A stretch of DNA of 63,947 nucleotides, counting the filler, from Octopus bimaculoides (taxonomy: Eukaryota), in assembly GCF_001194135.2 (NCBI RefSeq). It is 9 parts of 8 records of this genome, joined end to end, with 100 filler letters (N's around TTAATTAATTAA, not from the genome) between each part and the next. Parts side by side here need not be neighbours in the genome. Positions count along the whole stretch, not along the records: positions 1 to 17,192 come from NC_068983.1; positions 17,293 to 33,557 come from NC_068986.1; 7 more parts are not named here. One strand, 5' to 3'. Of the stretch, positions 14,982-28,786 are shown piece after piece (the first letter of the stretch is position 1; each line of letters begins with the position of its first letter). The position numbers and the translations under genes were made by a program. Below the pieces are notes generated by a model that did not search any database, was not told the origin of the DNA, and was given only the letters and a program-made list of their open reading frames with translations.

Positions 14982-16729
14982 TCGCCGTCTCTGCCGAGTT
15001 TACGTACATTCCCAATGCTGACATTTGTAAGGTAAAACTTCCTGAGGCAATATTTGATGATCCTGTAGCAGTACGGCTGTGAAACGTTTCCTCTTTATCA
15101 TCTAATTTATTTTCATATCACTGGTATTCACTGAAAATTTAGCTAAGTTTCAACAGGTATAATTGTATCCTTAACGCAGATCAAAGTATCTCAAACCCAC
15201 TCAAGTGGACGCAACTGGAAATGAATCATTTAGAAGCAGATATACAGATTGAGTAGTAGACAAACATATGCATACATGTACATGCTAGCAATTTACAGTG
15301 TAATAATCCCTTTTCATATCAAAGAATATCCACGCTGCATTGAAATTTTCCAACCATTTCAATACCACTTAAGTTAACATCAGTTCACCTAAAGTATCCA
15401 TACTAAGAATATTTAGTATAGCAAAGACTACTTTTCATTTAAACGTACAAATTGCATCAGTTGTTATAAATAACACATTCTATTCCAAATCTTGTTTAGG
15501 CGGAACAATACGGACATAGTTTATTCTGAGAACATTGTAAAGTACGTGCTTCACGATTACATATTTCGGATAGGAGAACCGGAATTCATTGATTTATATT
15601 TTGTGGTGTGCGAGCTAAAATATAATGAATAACGGAAGATGAGGCAGATGATTGAAAAAAAGAACAAACAAAAAATTCAATAGATGTTAGTCCGTGGAAA
15701 GATAGCCACAGCATATAGCATTCAATAATTAAGTGAAAATTATATATGCTGACACCTACAGATACATGCATGTACACATACAAACACACACACACACACA
15801 CGCACACACACACACACACACACACATNNNNNNNNNNNNNNNNNNNNNNNNNNNNNNNNNNNNNNNNNNNNNNNNNNNNNNNNNNNNNNNNNNNNNNNNN
15901 NNNNNNNNNNNNNNNNNNNNNNNNNNNNNNNNNNNNNNNNNNNNNNNNNNNNNNNNNNNNNNNNNNNNNNNNNNNNNNNNNNNNNNNNNNNNNNNNNNNN
16001 NNNNNNNNNNNNNNNNNNNNNNNNNNNNNNNNNNNNNNNNNNNNNNNNNNNNNNNNNNNNNNNNNNNNNNNNNNNNNNNNNNNNNNNNNNNNNNNNNNNN
16101 NNNNNNNNNNNNNNNNNNNNNNNNNNNNNNNNNNNNNNNNNNNNNNNNNNNNNNNNNNNNNNNNNNNNNNNNNNNNNNNNNNNNNNNNNNNNNNNNNNNN
16201 NNNNNNNNNNNNNNNNNNNNNNNNNNNNNNNNNNNNNNNNNNNNNNNNNNNNNNNNNNNNNNNNNNNNNNNNNNNNNNNNNNNNNNNNNNNNNNNNNNNN
16301 NNNNNNNNNNNNNNNNNNNNNNNNNNNNNNNNNNNNNNNNNNNNNNNNNNNNNNNNNNNNNNNNNNNNNNNNNNNNNNNNNNNNNNNNNNNNNNNNNNNN
16401 NNNNNNNNNNNNNNNNNNNNNNNNNNNNNNNNNNNNNNNNNNNNNNNNNNNNNNNNNNNNNNNNNNNNNNNNNNNNNNNNNNNNNNNNNNNNNNNNNNNN
16501 NNNNNNNNNNNNNNNNNNNNNNNNNNNNNNNNNNNNNNNNNNNNNNNNNNNNNNNNNNNNNNNNNNNNNNNNNNNNNNNNNNNNNNNNNNNNNNNNNNNN
16601 NNNNNNNNNNNNNNNNNNNNNNNNNNNNNNNNNNNNNNNNNNNNNNNNNNNNNNNNNNNNNNNNNNNNNNNNNNNNNNNNNNNNNNNNNNNNNNNNNNNN
16701 NNNNNNNNGAGAGAGAGAGAATGTGTGTG

Positions 16730-16935
16730 TGTGTGTGTGTGTGTCTGTGTCCGTGTTTGTCCACACAACATCGCTTGACAACTGACGTTGGTGTGTTTGC
16801 GCCCCGTAACAGCGGTTCGGCAAAAGAAACTGATAGAATAAGTACCCGGCTTACAAAGAATAAGTTCTGTGGTCGATTTTCTCAGCTAAAGGCAGTGCTT
16901 CAGCATGGCCACGGTCAAATGACAGAAACAAATAA
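16730..16935 (+). mobile_element. Main SINE family, 3' half
   Basis: acatcgcttgacaactga..cggttcggcaaaaga..cagcatggccacggtcaaatgac, collinear with 1030-1170. Confidence 0.82.
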
Positions 16936-17161
16936 ACGAATAGAAGAAAGAACAAATATTCTGCACACTAATATTAGAATATGTAGTTGGAAGTTGTGGT
17001 ATGCAAGCTTCCCTGAAGTTCAAATTCTGATGTTGCTTTCGTTATACACATTCAAACGACGGGGATTTGAACGTTTGTTTGAAACCTGCTCTTTCTCCAG
17101 AGGAAGGGCTAAAATAATAAAACAGAAAGAACATACATACATTAAAACATATATATACATG

Positions 17162-17192
<31 letters not shown>

Positions 17193-17943
17193 NNNNNNNN
17201 NNNNNNNNNNNNNNNNNNNNNNNNNNNNNNNNNNNNTTAATTAATTAANNNNNNNNNNNNNNNNNNNNNNNNNNNNNNNNNNNNNNNNNNNNCTGCTAAA
17301 AGGGATTACCCTGCTATGTATAATCAGAGCAGTGCAAAAAGTTGTTTTGCACAAGCATTTCTATAGCCAATTACACGGATGAAATTTACGTATGCTTAAT
17401 AATTTTACGCAAAACAGCCTTCAGACTTTCCCTATTAATTTCATCGTCTTTTGAATTATGAACATATTTACATCATAAGGGTTTTTTCGTTGTAAGGCTT
17501 TCTTTTTTAGTTGATTTTCAGCTAGCAAGACTTATCGTAGATGGCATAATAAGTCACACCCGGACAAGGTCGGGTTATACTGCTAGTGTATATATATATA
17601 TTTATATATATATATATATGAACATACACACACACGAATGTATAAATACAAAAATATGAATATATACATTTTATATATTGATGACTAAGGGTTTACATGT
17701 AAGGCTTTCAAGATTTTTCAAACTTTTGTTTATACTTGATTTTAAATATGACACAATATGATGTGAACACTACGCATCCATAGAATTCCTGAACTGTATC
17801 TTATTACCAAACCAATGAAAATAATTCATCTATAACGGTCGACTAATAATTCTTTTACTATCTAACTTATCCATTTATTTTATTGTATAATTCTTCCTTG
17901 CATATTTAAGTATTGCTCCTTCCTTTTATTTAAATTTATATAT

Positions 17944-18305
17944 AGGAGTGGCTGTGTGGTAAGTAGCTTGCTTACCAACCACATGGTTCCAGGTTCAGTC
18001 TCAGTGCATGGTACCTTGGGCAGGTGTCTTCTGCTATTGTCTCAGGCTGACCAAAGCCTTGTGAGTGGATTTGGTTGATGGAAACTGAAAGAAGCCTGTT
18101 GTATATATGTGTGTGTGTTTGTCCCCCCCACCATCGCTTGACAACTGATGCTGGTGTGTTTATGTCCCCATCACTTAGTAGTTTGGCAAAAGGGCCAGAT
18201 AAAATAAGTACTGGGGTTACAAAGAATAAGTCCTGGAGTCAGTTTGTTCAACTAAAGGCGGTGCTCCAGCATGGCTACAGTCAAATGACTGAAACAAGTA
18301 AAAGA
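17944..18305 (+). mobile_element. Main SINE family, near full length
   Basis: Collinear with 821-1178 from head to tail. Confidence 0.9.
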
Positions 18306-18654
18306 CTACATATTTTATGTACATTTATATTTTTCTTCACGTTTTTATCTTATATTGTCTTACTTTACCTTCATTTGTATGTTATTTTTATTTCATTTTA
18401 TCTTTACTTCTATAATTCACTAGCTAAATACATACACATAATATATATGATATAACTTCTTAAACTTGTTAGTAATTCGTCTGCATCCTTTCAAGAAGTA
18501 TGTTAACCTTTGTAGTATAAGCTCATAAAACCCTGATGAGATTCTGCCCCATATAGTTGAAAACAATGACCAATTCTTAGCATATGACCCTACCCAAATT
18601 ACATACGGGCATGAATCAAAACATATATGTAGGTTTTTGTCTCCAGAGGAATAT

Positions 18655-19756
18655 CATGTCATCAACAGCAGATATGACGTCATCATCACTGCTCAACTGG
18701 TTCCCATTGAAGTGATTTTTATGCTGGGGAACAGATGATAAATATTGCCAAATCAGGAGAATTGGGAGGGTGATCAACCAGTTCAAAGCCACAGTCATGC
18801 AGAGCAGCCATTGAAATGAAGGACTTGTATGCTGGAGCATTGCCCTGATAAAAGAAAAAGATCTCTTTCATCAGTTTTCCTGGGTCTTGTTAGCCTTTTG
18901 CAACTGCCTCACTAAGTTGGCATAGTACTCTACACTGATGGTGTGGCCTTTTTGAAAACAGTCAATAAACACAATGCGTTTTGCATCCTAAAAAACTGAG
19001 GTGGTCACCTTCCCATCAAATGAAACGACCTTGGTCTTTTTTGGAGCAGGTGAGGAGGAGGTGTTTCCACTACATGGATTCTCTCTTTGTCTCTGGTTCA
19101 AAGTGATGAACCCAACACTCATTTTGGGTTAGGAAACACTCAGGTAAATCAACTGGATCTGCCTCATACAATGTAAGATTTTGCTATAATGTGATCAACC
19201 TGGCACACACCTTTGATCAGGTCTCAGAAAACATGGCACCTGCTGAGCAGAAATCTTTCTCATGCCAAACTCATTGTGCAGAATATTTTCAACTTTCTCA
19301 TGGGATATGCTAATAGCATTTGCTATTTGATACATTTCACCATATGGTGAACATGATCAATGTTTTCCTTGGTGGTGGCAGTTGCAGGATGTCCAGATCT
19401 TGGATCATCGTCAAAACTCTCTGAGGAGTTCTCCTAAATTTAGCTTCCCACTTTTGCACTGTTGATAAAGCTGGAGTATCATCCCTTAATATAGCAATGA
19501 TGCCAGCATGAATGTCCTTAGGAGCTAAATTCTTTTTCTGCAGGTACTTGAGAATACCATGATGCCAACTTTTGTCGATTTTCAAGAGAAGTCACTAGTT
19601 AGTCTTGAAGTTTTCTTTGAACAATCAGATGTCAGTTTATGTGGAAAGAAGTAATGAGGTTATTAATAAGGATTTGAAATTAATGCATGCATGACTTCAC
19701 AGCATTAGCATCACTCCTTCATAGCCAGCCTGTGAACTTTTCAGCCCACCCTTGGA
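18655..19756 (-). mobile_element. Decayed, truncated mariner of the same family
   Basis: Transposase fragments MKIDKSWHHGILKYLQKKNLAPKDIH..PALSTVQKW and HFNGNQLSSDDDVISAVDD. One TIR (gtgaacttttcagcccaccctt) near 19735-19753. Collinear with 37480-38777. Confidence 0.88.
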
Positions 19757-21610
19757 ATTTCAACAACATCATAATGTGTGCATGTATGTATGTATGCATG
19801 CATGCATGTATGTATTATGAATGAATGCATGCATGTAATGATATCTAAATGTAAGATCCAATATATATATATAGATATATATATATATATATATACGTAT
19901 AAGAAGGGATGACCACTAGGTGGACATCCAATATGCTATAAAGAGGTCAGCAACGACCCAATCACAAAGAAAAATCATGTTCTCCAGAAAAATTTTTCTG
20001 AATTATCAGATTTTTTTATATGCTAGACCACAGGTTTTAAATTGAAATTAATATTCAATTTATCACCCTCAGTATATAAATATAAATTTAAATAATTATG
20101 TTCTCTAGCCAGCAACATATACTGCAGTGAATTATACTCTGCAGAACTGTTTCCGGAATTTAGCGCGCCAGAGCTGAGATATTTGAAAATAACCCCAATG
20201 TAATTGGTAGAACTGTACGCACGTCAAATCTTATGAAGACAATTCGTGTATAGTTCTGCAAATTATATTGATTTTAGAATGATTGTGCTGAAGAACCATG
20301 GACGTTTTTACAAAAGTAAGTAAGTCCAATTATTAACTATAACTAAAGGCTATAACTCTTATTTGAAAATATAAGTAAAAAAAGTTTCAAAGACATTCCC
20401 TCTATAGATGAGTAAGTACATAAGAAATTTTAACTCCAAATAAGTTGTGTAGGGCAAAAATTGTATAGAAGCTATAGCATAATGAGAATAAATGGAAATT
20501 TGGTTAATACTAGGAATGAAAAAGTTTCCTCATGTAAACACATGACCAAATTCCTATTTATCAATCTTAAATAATTCTTCACTTGCCCCTTGCTTAGATT
20601 AGTTTTTGGTATTTTAAAAAAATATTTCTATATATCTTTTTCTATGGAATACAATTACTCATCACATCCACTTTACATCACAATGTCTTACATTATCATG
20701 GTATTTTTCATTTAACATTTCCTTCTAACAATTGCATGACTCATAAGGTTAACACTTTATCTATCTCTCCCTACTCCTCCTTTTCTCTCAATATGTCTGT
20801 TTTTTTTTAAAAAAAAAGTTATATCTTTCCTTAGTATATAATATACCTATAATTTTTTGTATTTTATTTTATTTGCATGTGTCCATCCCCCCCCCCCTCC
20901 ATACCCATTCTGACTATTACTGGTTTATGTTACTTGTCACTATACCTGATAATTAAATATATTTTACTGCTGATATATGCAAACATGTATGCACATACAG
21001 TACTTCTTGGTGTCCTGCATATCTACAACCATGTGTGCATATCTTACATGTCATCTACGTGTGTATATCAATTATTTTGTGTTTCTTTACCATATGTTGC
21101 CACTAACATGTATTGTTTAATATGAACGTGTGTATCTGCGTACATACATATGTTTCGCTTACACACACATATATACTACTATTTTTTTACGTGTGTGCTT
21201 TTTCTCTCTTTGCATCGGTATGAGTGTATATATATGTTTTTGTAAAGTGTTTCTTCTTTTATGTATACCCTAATCAAAAAGCAACTAGAATTCCTATATC
21301 TATGTATACTAACGTACAAATATTCCTCTATTCATGTATGAGTAAATATACTAACATTTTTTTCCTTATTAGATTATTATTTTTCTTTGACATTATGTAT
21401 AAATTTTTTTGTATAATTATGTTCACCCCCATACTCGTACCTTTTCTTATATTCATAATACACAATACTCTTTTATTACTTGAATATTAATACTACCCTA
21501 ATACCATTAAATATCCCAGATCTTTTTGGTTTGATTGCAACATTTTTCATTTATGTTTTATGTAGTGTTTTTGGTACCGAAACACTTTCAAATTTCGTAT
21601 ACTTGTATAT

Positions 21611-22116
21611 TTTGTGTTATAGAACAGATAAAAAATTTTGTATTCGAAGTTATTTCATGTTAAAATTTGTCTTATTTCAATAATTTCAACCAATCACTGA
21701 CGTCTATTCAATTGAATACAGTTACTGCTGTGGCAGTGTATATGGTATTAATCCCTGTTAGTTCTGACATTTCCGATTAACTAGACTGTTCGTAAACACG
21801 TGTGTTGCTTTGCTAGTGAAAAATTGTTACAAATACAGATACGCACAGCGTAATTTATTATATAAACAAGATATGCGTATAAATTACCATTTTTCTGTAA
21901 TTTTGTCTGCTTCAAAAGAAAAGAAACCAAAAAATAACATTTTTCTCACCGGCAAAAAATTATTGTTTACAAAACAGCAGTAACTGTATTCAGCTGAATA
22001 GACGTCATGTGATTGGTTGAGATTACAGAAATTCGACAATTTTAACATGAAATAACTTGCGATGTACAATTTTTTGTTAAGAAGGCTGAGAGAAAAAGTT
22101 GTTTTATATGACACAT
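21611..22116. mobile_element. MITE/foldback element with about 100-bp terminal inverted repeats
   Basis: 21632-21731 (gaagttatttcatgttaaaatt..ccaatcactgacgtctattca..gaatacagttactgctgt) is the reverse complement of 21974-22075. Outer tgtgttata / tatgacaca extend the match across an indel. Confidence 0.8.
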
Positions 22117-22792
22117 TCTACCAGTATCCCAAGTTTGAAAGTGTTTCGTTAAGAAAACAAGTGTTGCCCATCAAACCAAAAGGATCCAATATCACTCTCA
22201 CATTATGCCAAGCTAGTTTCTTACCTCATAATTTTTATTTATACTAAAGCATAGTTACTGTATAAACTTACATATCAATACATATAAAATAAACCCTTCT
22301 CATCTCATTTATCTCCCCTACATTGATTTTATTTTTCCGTATTCCAACATCCATTATCTATTTCAACTTCACTTTTTTTCATCTTTATAGCCACAGCAAG
22401 TATTTCCTATCTAAATTGTAATATTAACAACTATTTTTTCTGTTTTTAGTTATTTTTCTACCTTATATTTAATACATACTAACGAATATTAGTTCTTATA
22501 CAAACATAAGTCCATCTTACACATCTTATTCCTTCTTTAATTCTTTTTACTTCTCTAACGTTTGTTTACGTTAACTATCTAGTAGCTCTTTATACACTAA
22601 CTCCTCTAGATTAACTTCATTCTCATGTATAAAAATTTTTTTAAATATACACCACACTAAGTAATATTTTTAACTGTCAAGCCATATCTTAATTCAAATA
22701 TAGCCATGCCTTTCCATTGGACATTTCTATACAATTTTTGCCCGATACAACTTATTTGGAATTAAAATTTCTAATCTCCTTACTCACAACAT

Positions 22793-23220
<428 letters not shown>

Positions 23221-23221
<1 letters not shown>

Positions 23222-26200
23222 GCTGATTCCACATATGGATTTCCTGGTGCAGGCTGGAACATTACAACAGTCTTGTCCAGGCTAATGCTGAGTCCAAATA
23301 CCTTGCAAGAAGCAGAAATATGATTCATAAGTATTTGCATGTCATCCACTGTATGAATGACTAAGTCACGTCACAGTCATCTGCATAAAGGAAATCATGA
23401 ATAAGAGACTGGAAAACTTTCGAATTGGCAGCAAATCAGCACAGACTAAAGAGGTGGCCAGAAGATCAATATCTGATATATATTCCCAGAGAGCTAATCT
23501 TAGCAAAAGCATGAGTAAAAGCAGCAGCAAAGTACAAAGAAAAGAGAGTTGGGGCAAAGATGTCACCCAGCTTCACACCATTCTCTACAGGAATGGGTCC
23601 TGCCATGCCACCACCAACATTGACCCAAGCCGCCATCCCATCAAGAAATGATTTAATTATAGATACAAAGTGATCCAGACATCCAAATATTTTCCATAGC
23701 AAGGCCCTATTCACAGTATCAAAGGCCTTCATTAAATCAATGAATTCCTGGACAAGATCTGTATTCTGCTCATCTGCTTATGAATCCTGCTATCCTTCAT
23801 TCTAATAAGGTGTCCAAGCCAACATATCCAGTGTTTGTGCACCATCGCCTCAATACTCAAAATATCAGCTGTCCTCAGGACCTGTGCGTCTGGAGTTTTT
23901 AAATCCTTCCAGTTCTTAGGCATTGCACCATCTCTCCAGCCTGCATTAATAAGTCCATGAAGGGACTGTATGATGTAATCACCACCAAATCGCAAGACCT
24001 CAGCACAAATTCTATCCTTTCCAGGTGCCCTACTAAGATTCAATTTACTTATTGATGTCATTTCTTCATCTATTGAGGGCATGGAATTTAAGGAGCCAAT
24101 GATAGGTCTTTGTAACATAGCATCAATCACTGTTTCATCCACAACTGAGTCATGGTTTAGGAGTTCAGAGAAGTGTTCGATTCAGCGACCTGTGATTTCT
24201 GTTGATTTAGTAAATATAGTGGAAAGCAAAGGAGCTGATGTGGAGCTCTTAGGCCCATAAACTTACTTCATAAGATGGTAAAGCTTCTTGCTGTCATTTG
24301 CATCAGCAACAGCCTGAACATCATGAGCTAGATCCTCCCACTAAGTGTTCTGCATCTTCCTGAGAGATTTCGCTGCACAGCTGAAAGTCCTCTGTGCAGC
24401 AATACATTGTGGGCATGGTGCTTTACAACCAATAGTCACTGAACTTCAGCATCATTTTCATCAAACCAGTCTCTGTGTCTGGCAGTAGCATATCCCAGTG
24501 TTTCAGCATCAGATTGAAGAACCTGGTCTCGAAAATCTTCCCATGCTGCAGTATTTTCAATGCTGGACAAGTGAGTCTGAAGCTCTTTTCTCAACACAGC
24601 ATCATATATCTTGTGGACATTCAGATGCTGTGGAATGCTGACTGGCCCTCTTCTCTCTTTCTCTCTAATCATCATCCAGAACTTTGCTCGCACTAGACTG
24701 TGATCTGTCCAGCATTCCAATCCCTGAAAGGACTTGACATTACAAATGTCATGGATGTCATGTTTGTGGATGAGGACATAATCCAGCAAGTGCCAGACTT
24801 TAGACCTTGGATGCATCCACGTTATTGTGTGATCATCTTTGTGCATAAAATGAGTGCTTGCGATGTAAAGTCCATGTTCATCGCAAAGCTCCAGCTGCAT
24901 GAGACCATTGCTATTCATTTTCCCTACTCCAAAACGTCCAAGACAGTTCCATGTTTGCCAGTCTGATCCAACCCTGGCATTGAAATCCCCCAGGAGAATG
25001 ACTTTATCAGAACTGGGGATTTTCCTAAGTATGGCTCTCAGCTGGGTATAAAAAATAGTTTTATCTTCATCACAACCAGTCAAAGTAGGTTCTTAGGTAT
25101 TTATTAGAGTAGCAAATCACTCACATTTCAGGTGCATTCATAGTCATTAGATGTTCATTTATAGGAACAGGAAGCTCCTCCAACTTCTCAAGGATATCAG
25201 ATCGAACTGCAAAGCCAACACCAACCTCGCTGCAGTCCCCTTTCTGCCTCCCCTTCCAAAAAAAGGTGTGTCCACCTCCTACTTCCTCGAGCTGACCATC
25301 ACCTTCTATACGAGTCTCTGAAAGTGCAGCTATATCAATGTCATAATAGTTCAGCTCATTAGCAACAAGTGCAGTGCATCTTTCAGGCCTACAATCACTC
25401 TTGTTATCCAACAAAGTGTGCACATTCCAACATGAAATGTTCAAGTTCCATCCAGATTTTGTAAATAAAAGTCTCTTTGTTTTTCAAGTGCAGGGTGGAC
25501 ATCTGTTAGTCATGCTAAACTGACCAGATATAGAAAGACAGGCAGTTTTTGATTCACCTTTTCTAGAACCTCCCCCAGCCTCCAGGTGAGCAGTGCCCTC
25601 TCCAAATGGAGCTGCTCAGACACGCATGCAGCAACCAAATCCTACCGCTGTCTTGGGTGACAAGGAGACAGCTTTATATCTAGCATGGGACACCTATGTG
25701 CAGGTTGCTGACTACATGCTTCCAACCCGTTAGGTCTGCATGCTTCACCACCTTCCCATCACTGAAGGACTTCTGAATAAAAAATAAAATTAAAATATAC
25801 TAAAAATATATAAATATATACTGAAAATAAAGATACATATACACTAAAAATAAAATAAATATATATAGGGGGAAAAAAAGCACATATTGAGCAGAGGACA
25901 GCAATGCCTGTGCAGAGTTTTAGGTCCATTTAGGATTGCATGACACCTCATAGACCCCTTCCGCTTTATTGACAAGAAACAAGCTGAAACAAGATATTTG
26001 GTGCCAATACGAGTCGCAGACTCAAGGATGTGGGAGCACCGATCCCCAAAATGTCCAATACCTTTCCCTGCATATCTGGTTTTATATCAGAGTGACCTTC
26101 TCCTAGAGACATGCTTCAACAGAAGCTAAGGGGTGCCTCACTCCCAATGGTCTTTCAGCATGCCAGACACCATCCTGGAATTTCTGCGTACCCGTGGTAT

Positions 26201-26404
26201 TGCTAGATAGCCATTGAGCCTGCACTAGGTTCATCTGACCTTTCAACAGGTCTTATTTTTAATCCTGCTGAGTTTCTAGCAACCTTCTTCATCAGGATAA
26301 CCTGGTGGGAGTGTCAGATTAGTCACTGGCAATCCAACCATGCAACAGGTTGTACTGGATTTCATGTTACCAGTAGCACTTATGAGAGCCTCATAAGTGA
26401 CCTG
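23221..26404 (-). mobile_element. Decayed RTE-clade (BovB-like) LINE: APE endonuclease and RT remnants, 3' truncated, internally rearranged
   Basis: Fragments NISCWNVHTLLD..ELNYYDIDIAALSETR, DKVILLGDFNARVG, TWMHPRSKVWHLLDYVL, FIDLMKAFDTVNR, GVKLGDIFAPTLFSLY and [16 protein letters not shown], with many stops and frameshifts. The 5' limit beyond about 25800 is inferred. Confidence 0.9.
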
Positions 26405-26414
26405 ATATATATAC

Positions 26415-26461
<47 letters not shown>

Positions 26462-26561
26462 CATATGTATATATAAATATATATATACATGTATGTATAT
26501 GGATATACATGTATGTATATATATATAGATATACATACACATATACATGCATACATACATG

Positions 26562-26599
<38 letters not shown>

Positions 26600-26678
26600 G
26601 ACATATATGTATGTATATATATATATATACATACACATATATATACATATATATATACATACATACATGTGTATGTAT

Positions 26679-26721
<43 letters not shown>

Positions 26722-26829
26722 ATTAATGCCAAAAAAATGAAGAAAAAACAAGGAGAAGATAAAAACAACAATGTGAGGACATGGTACATGCAAAGTATTA
26801 ACAGACGCTCAGGGAAGGAAAGATAGTTA

Positions 26830-26864
26830 GTTTTACATTTTGAGCAAAGCTCGTCTTCAGAAAC
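26830..26864 (-). ncRNA. Degenerate minimal hammerhead motif in a probable Penelope-like fragment
   Basis: The minus strand reads GUUU-CUGAAGA-C-GAGC-uuu-GCUC-AAAA-U-GUA-AAAC. Stems I and II pair, but the core GAAA reads AAAA. Confidence 0.45.
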
Positions 26865-27625
26865 AGGAGACAGAGGTAAGTTCAAGACAAAAGGAAAACA
26901 TATACATACATTCATATATATATATATATANNNNNNNNNNNNNNNNNNNNNNNNNNNNNNNNNNNNNNNNNNNNNNNNNNNNNNNNNNNNNNNNNNNNNN
27001 NNNNNNNNNNNNNNNNNNNNNNNNNNNNNNNNNNNNNNNNNNNNNNNNNNNNNNNNNNNNNNNNNNNNNNNNNNNNNNNNNNNNNNNNNNCATACATACA
27101 TACATACATACATACATGCATATATATACATGCATATATATATATATATATATAAGATTTGTTAAGATAAGATTTGCATTTAATATTTCTGTAAGTTTAT
27201 ATTCTAATAAACGTAAAGTTAATGTCACGTTTATAATTTTTGATAAGTTTAGTATTACATTTCTTTTTAATAACATTTTTCTATCTTGATATAATAAGTA
27301 TTTTTATATATATTCATTTGTTATTTATTGTTGGTTGATATATGCATTCATTTTATTTATTATTATTGTTGTATTTTGACCTGAAGATTAGCTACATTTT
27401 TCAATAGAATTGATTTTCGATTGATTTAATCGATTTGATTAAATTTTATTTTCTATTTGAAAATTTGGTTATGAAACACATGTAGTCGTTTTATTATTAT
27501 TATTTTATTTTTACTTTGTATTTTATTATACTTCTTTTTAGTGTATTTACTTACTAATTTTTTCTATATGTAAGTGGATTTTCATGAACTTTGGTTCTTT
27601 TCTCTAAATTATATATATATATATT

Positions 27626-28395
27626 ATAATTTAGAACAAACAGTGAGGTGTCATTATAGTATTTGGAGTTTCAAATGTCGGAGCAAAGAGCTACAATGCA
27701 TTCTTGTTGGCTATTAATGGCAATAGACACTATGAAAAGCTGTTGAATAAAAGGAAGTTACTCTAATAGATAGAAAAAGAAGAGATAAAAAATACATGCA
27801 ACCATATTCTCACATTACATAGACCTAAACCCCCTGCGTTCATAACGTCTACATCCATACACACTCACACAAACATGTATACATACATGTACATATGCAC
27901 AAACATATGTGCATGTACATACTCATACATACACTCATATCCATACACACATGCACACGTATATATATATATGTATATGTGTACGCAACTTCATCCTCAT
28001 ATGTACATAGGTGTTTGCATGCACACTCATAACATAATACATATATATTTAGAAGTGGATATATGTGTATGTATGAGTATGTATATGCACATTTGTGTTT
28101 GTGTGTATGTACATGTACGTATATATGTTTGTGTGAGTGTGTACGTATGTAGATGTTATGAATGCAGGAGGTTTATGTCTATGTATTGTGAGAATGTGGT
28201 TGCATGTATTTTTTCTTTTTTTTCCTTTCTTTTTCTACCTATTAGAGTAACTTCCCTTTTATTCAATGTTTTTTTTTTTTTTTTACAGTGTCTATTGCCA
28301 TTAATAACTGACGAGAATGCATTGTAGCTCTTCGCTCCAACATTCGAAACTCCAAGTACTATAATGACAACTTACTGTTTGTTTTAAGTTATAAC
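27626..28395. repeat. Large inverted repeat (arms about 320-340 bp, spacer about 110 bp), probably an inverted pair of Penelope-like pseudo-LTRs
   Basis: 27626-27945 aligns by eye to the reverse complement of 28055-28395 with scattered substitutions and small indels. Each arm carries a hammerhead-like motif. Confidence 0.8.
28299..28366 (+). ncRNA. Type I hammerhead ribozyme motif, nearly intact
   Basis: CUGACGA (28308-14), stem II GAAUG/CAUUC, GAAA (28346-49), stem III ACU-cca-AGU, GUA triplet (28356-58), and stem I cauuaauaa/cuauaaug with one mismatch next to the core. Confidence 0.65.
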
Positions 28396-28593
28396 ATGTA
28401 TGAATAATCCTCTATTTATCTAATATCGAGGTCTCATTCTTTTGTTGTCACTTTTTATTGTGTGTNNNNNNNNNNNNNNNNNNNNNNNNNNNNNNNNNNN
28501 NNNNNNNNNNNNNNNNNNNNNNNNNNNNNNNNNNNNNNNNNNNNNNNNNNNNNNNNNNNNNNNNNNNNNNNNNNNNNNNNNNNNNNNNNNNNN

Positions 28594-28634
<41 letters not shown>

Positions 28635-28786
28635 TATACATACATACATATATATATATAGATAGATATATATATATACATATATACATATATACATGCA
28701 TACATATATATATATATATACATATGTACATACATACGTATATACATACATGCATACATACATATATATACATATATACATATGTG

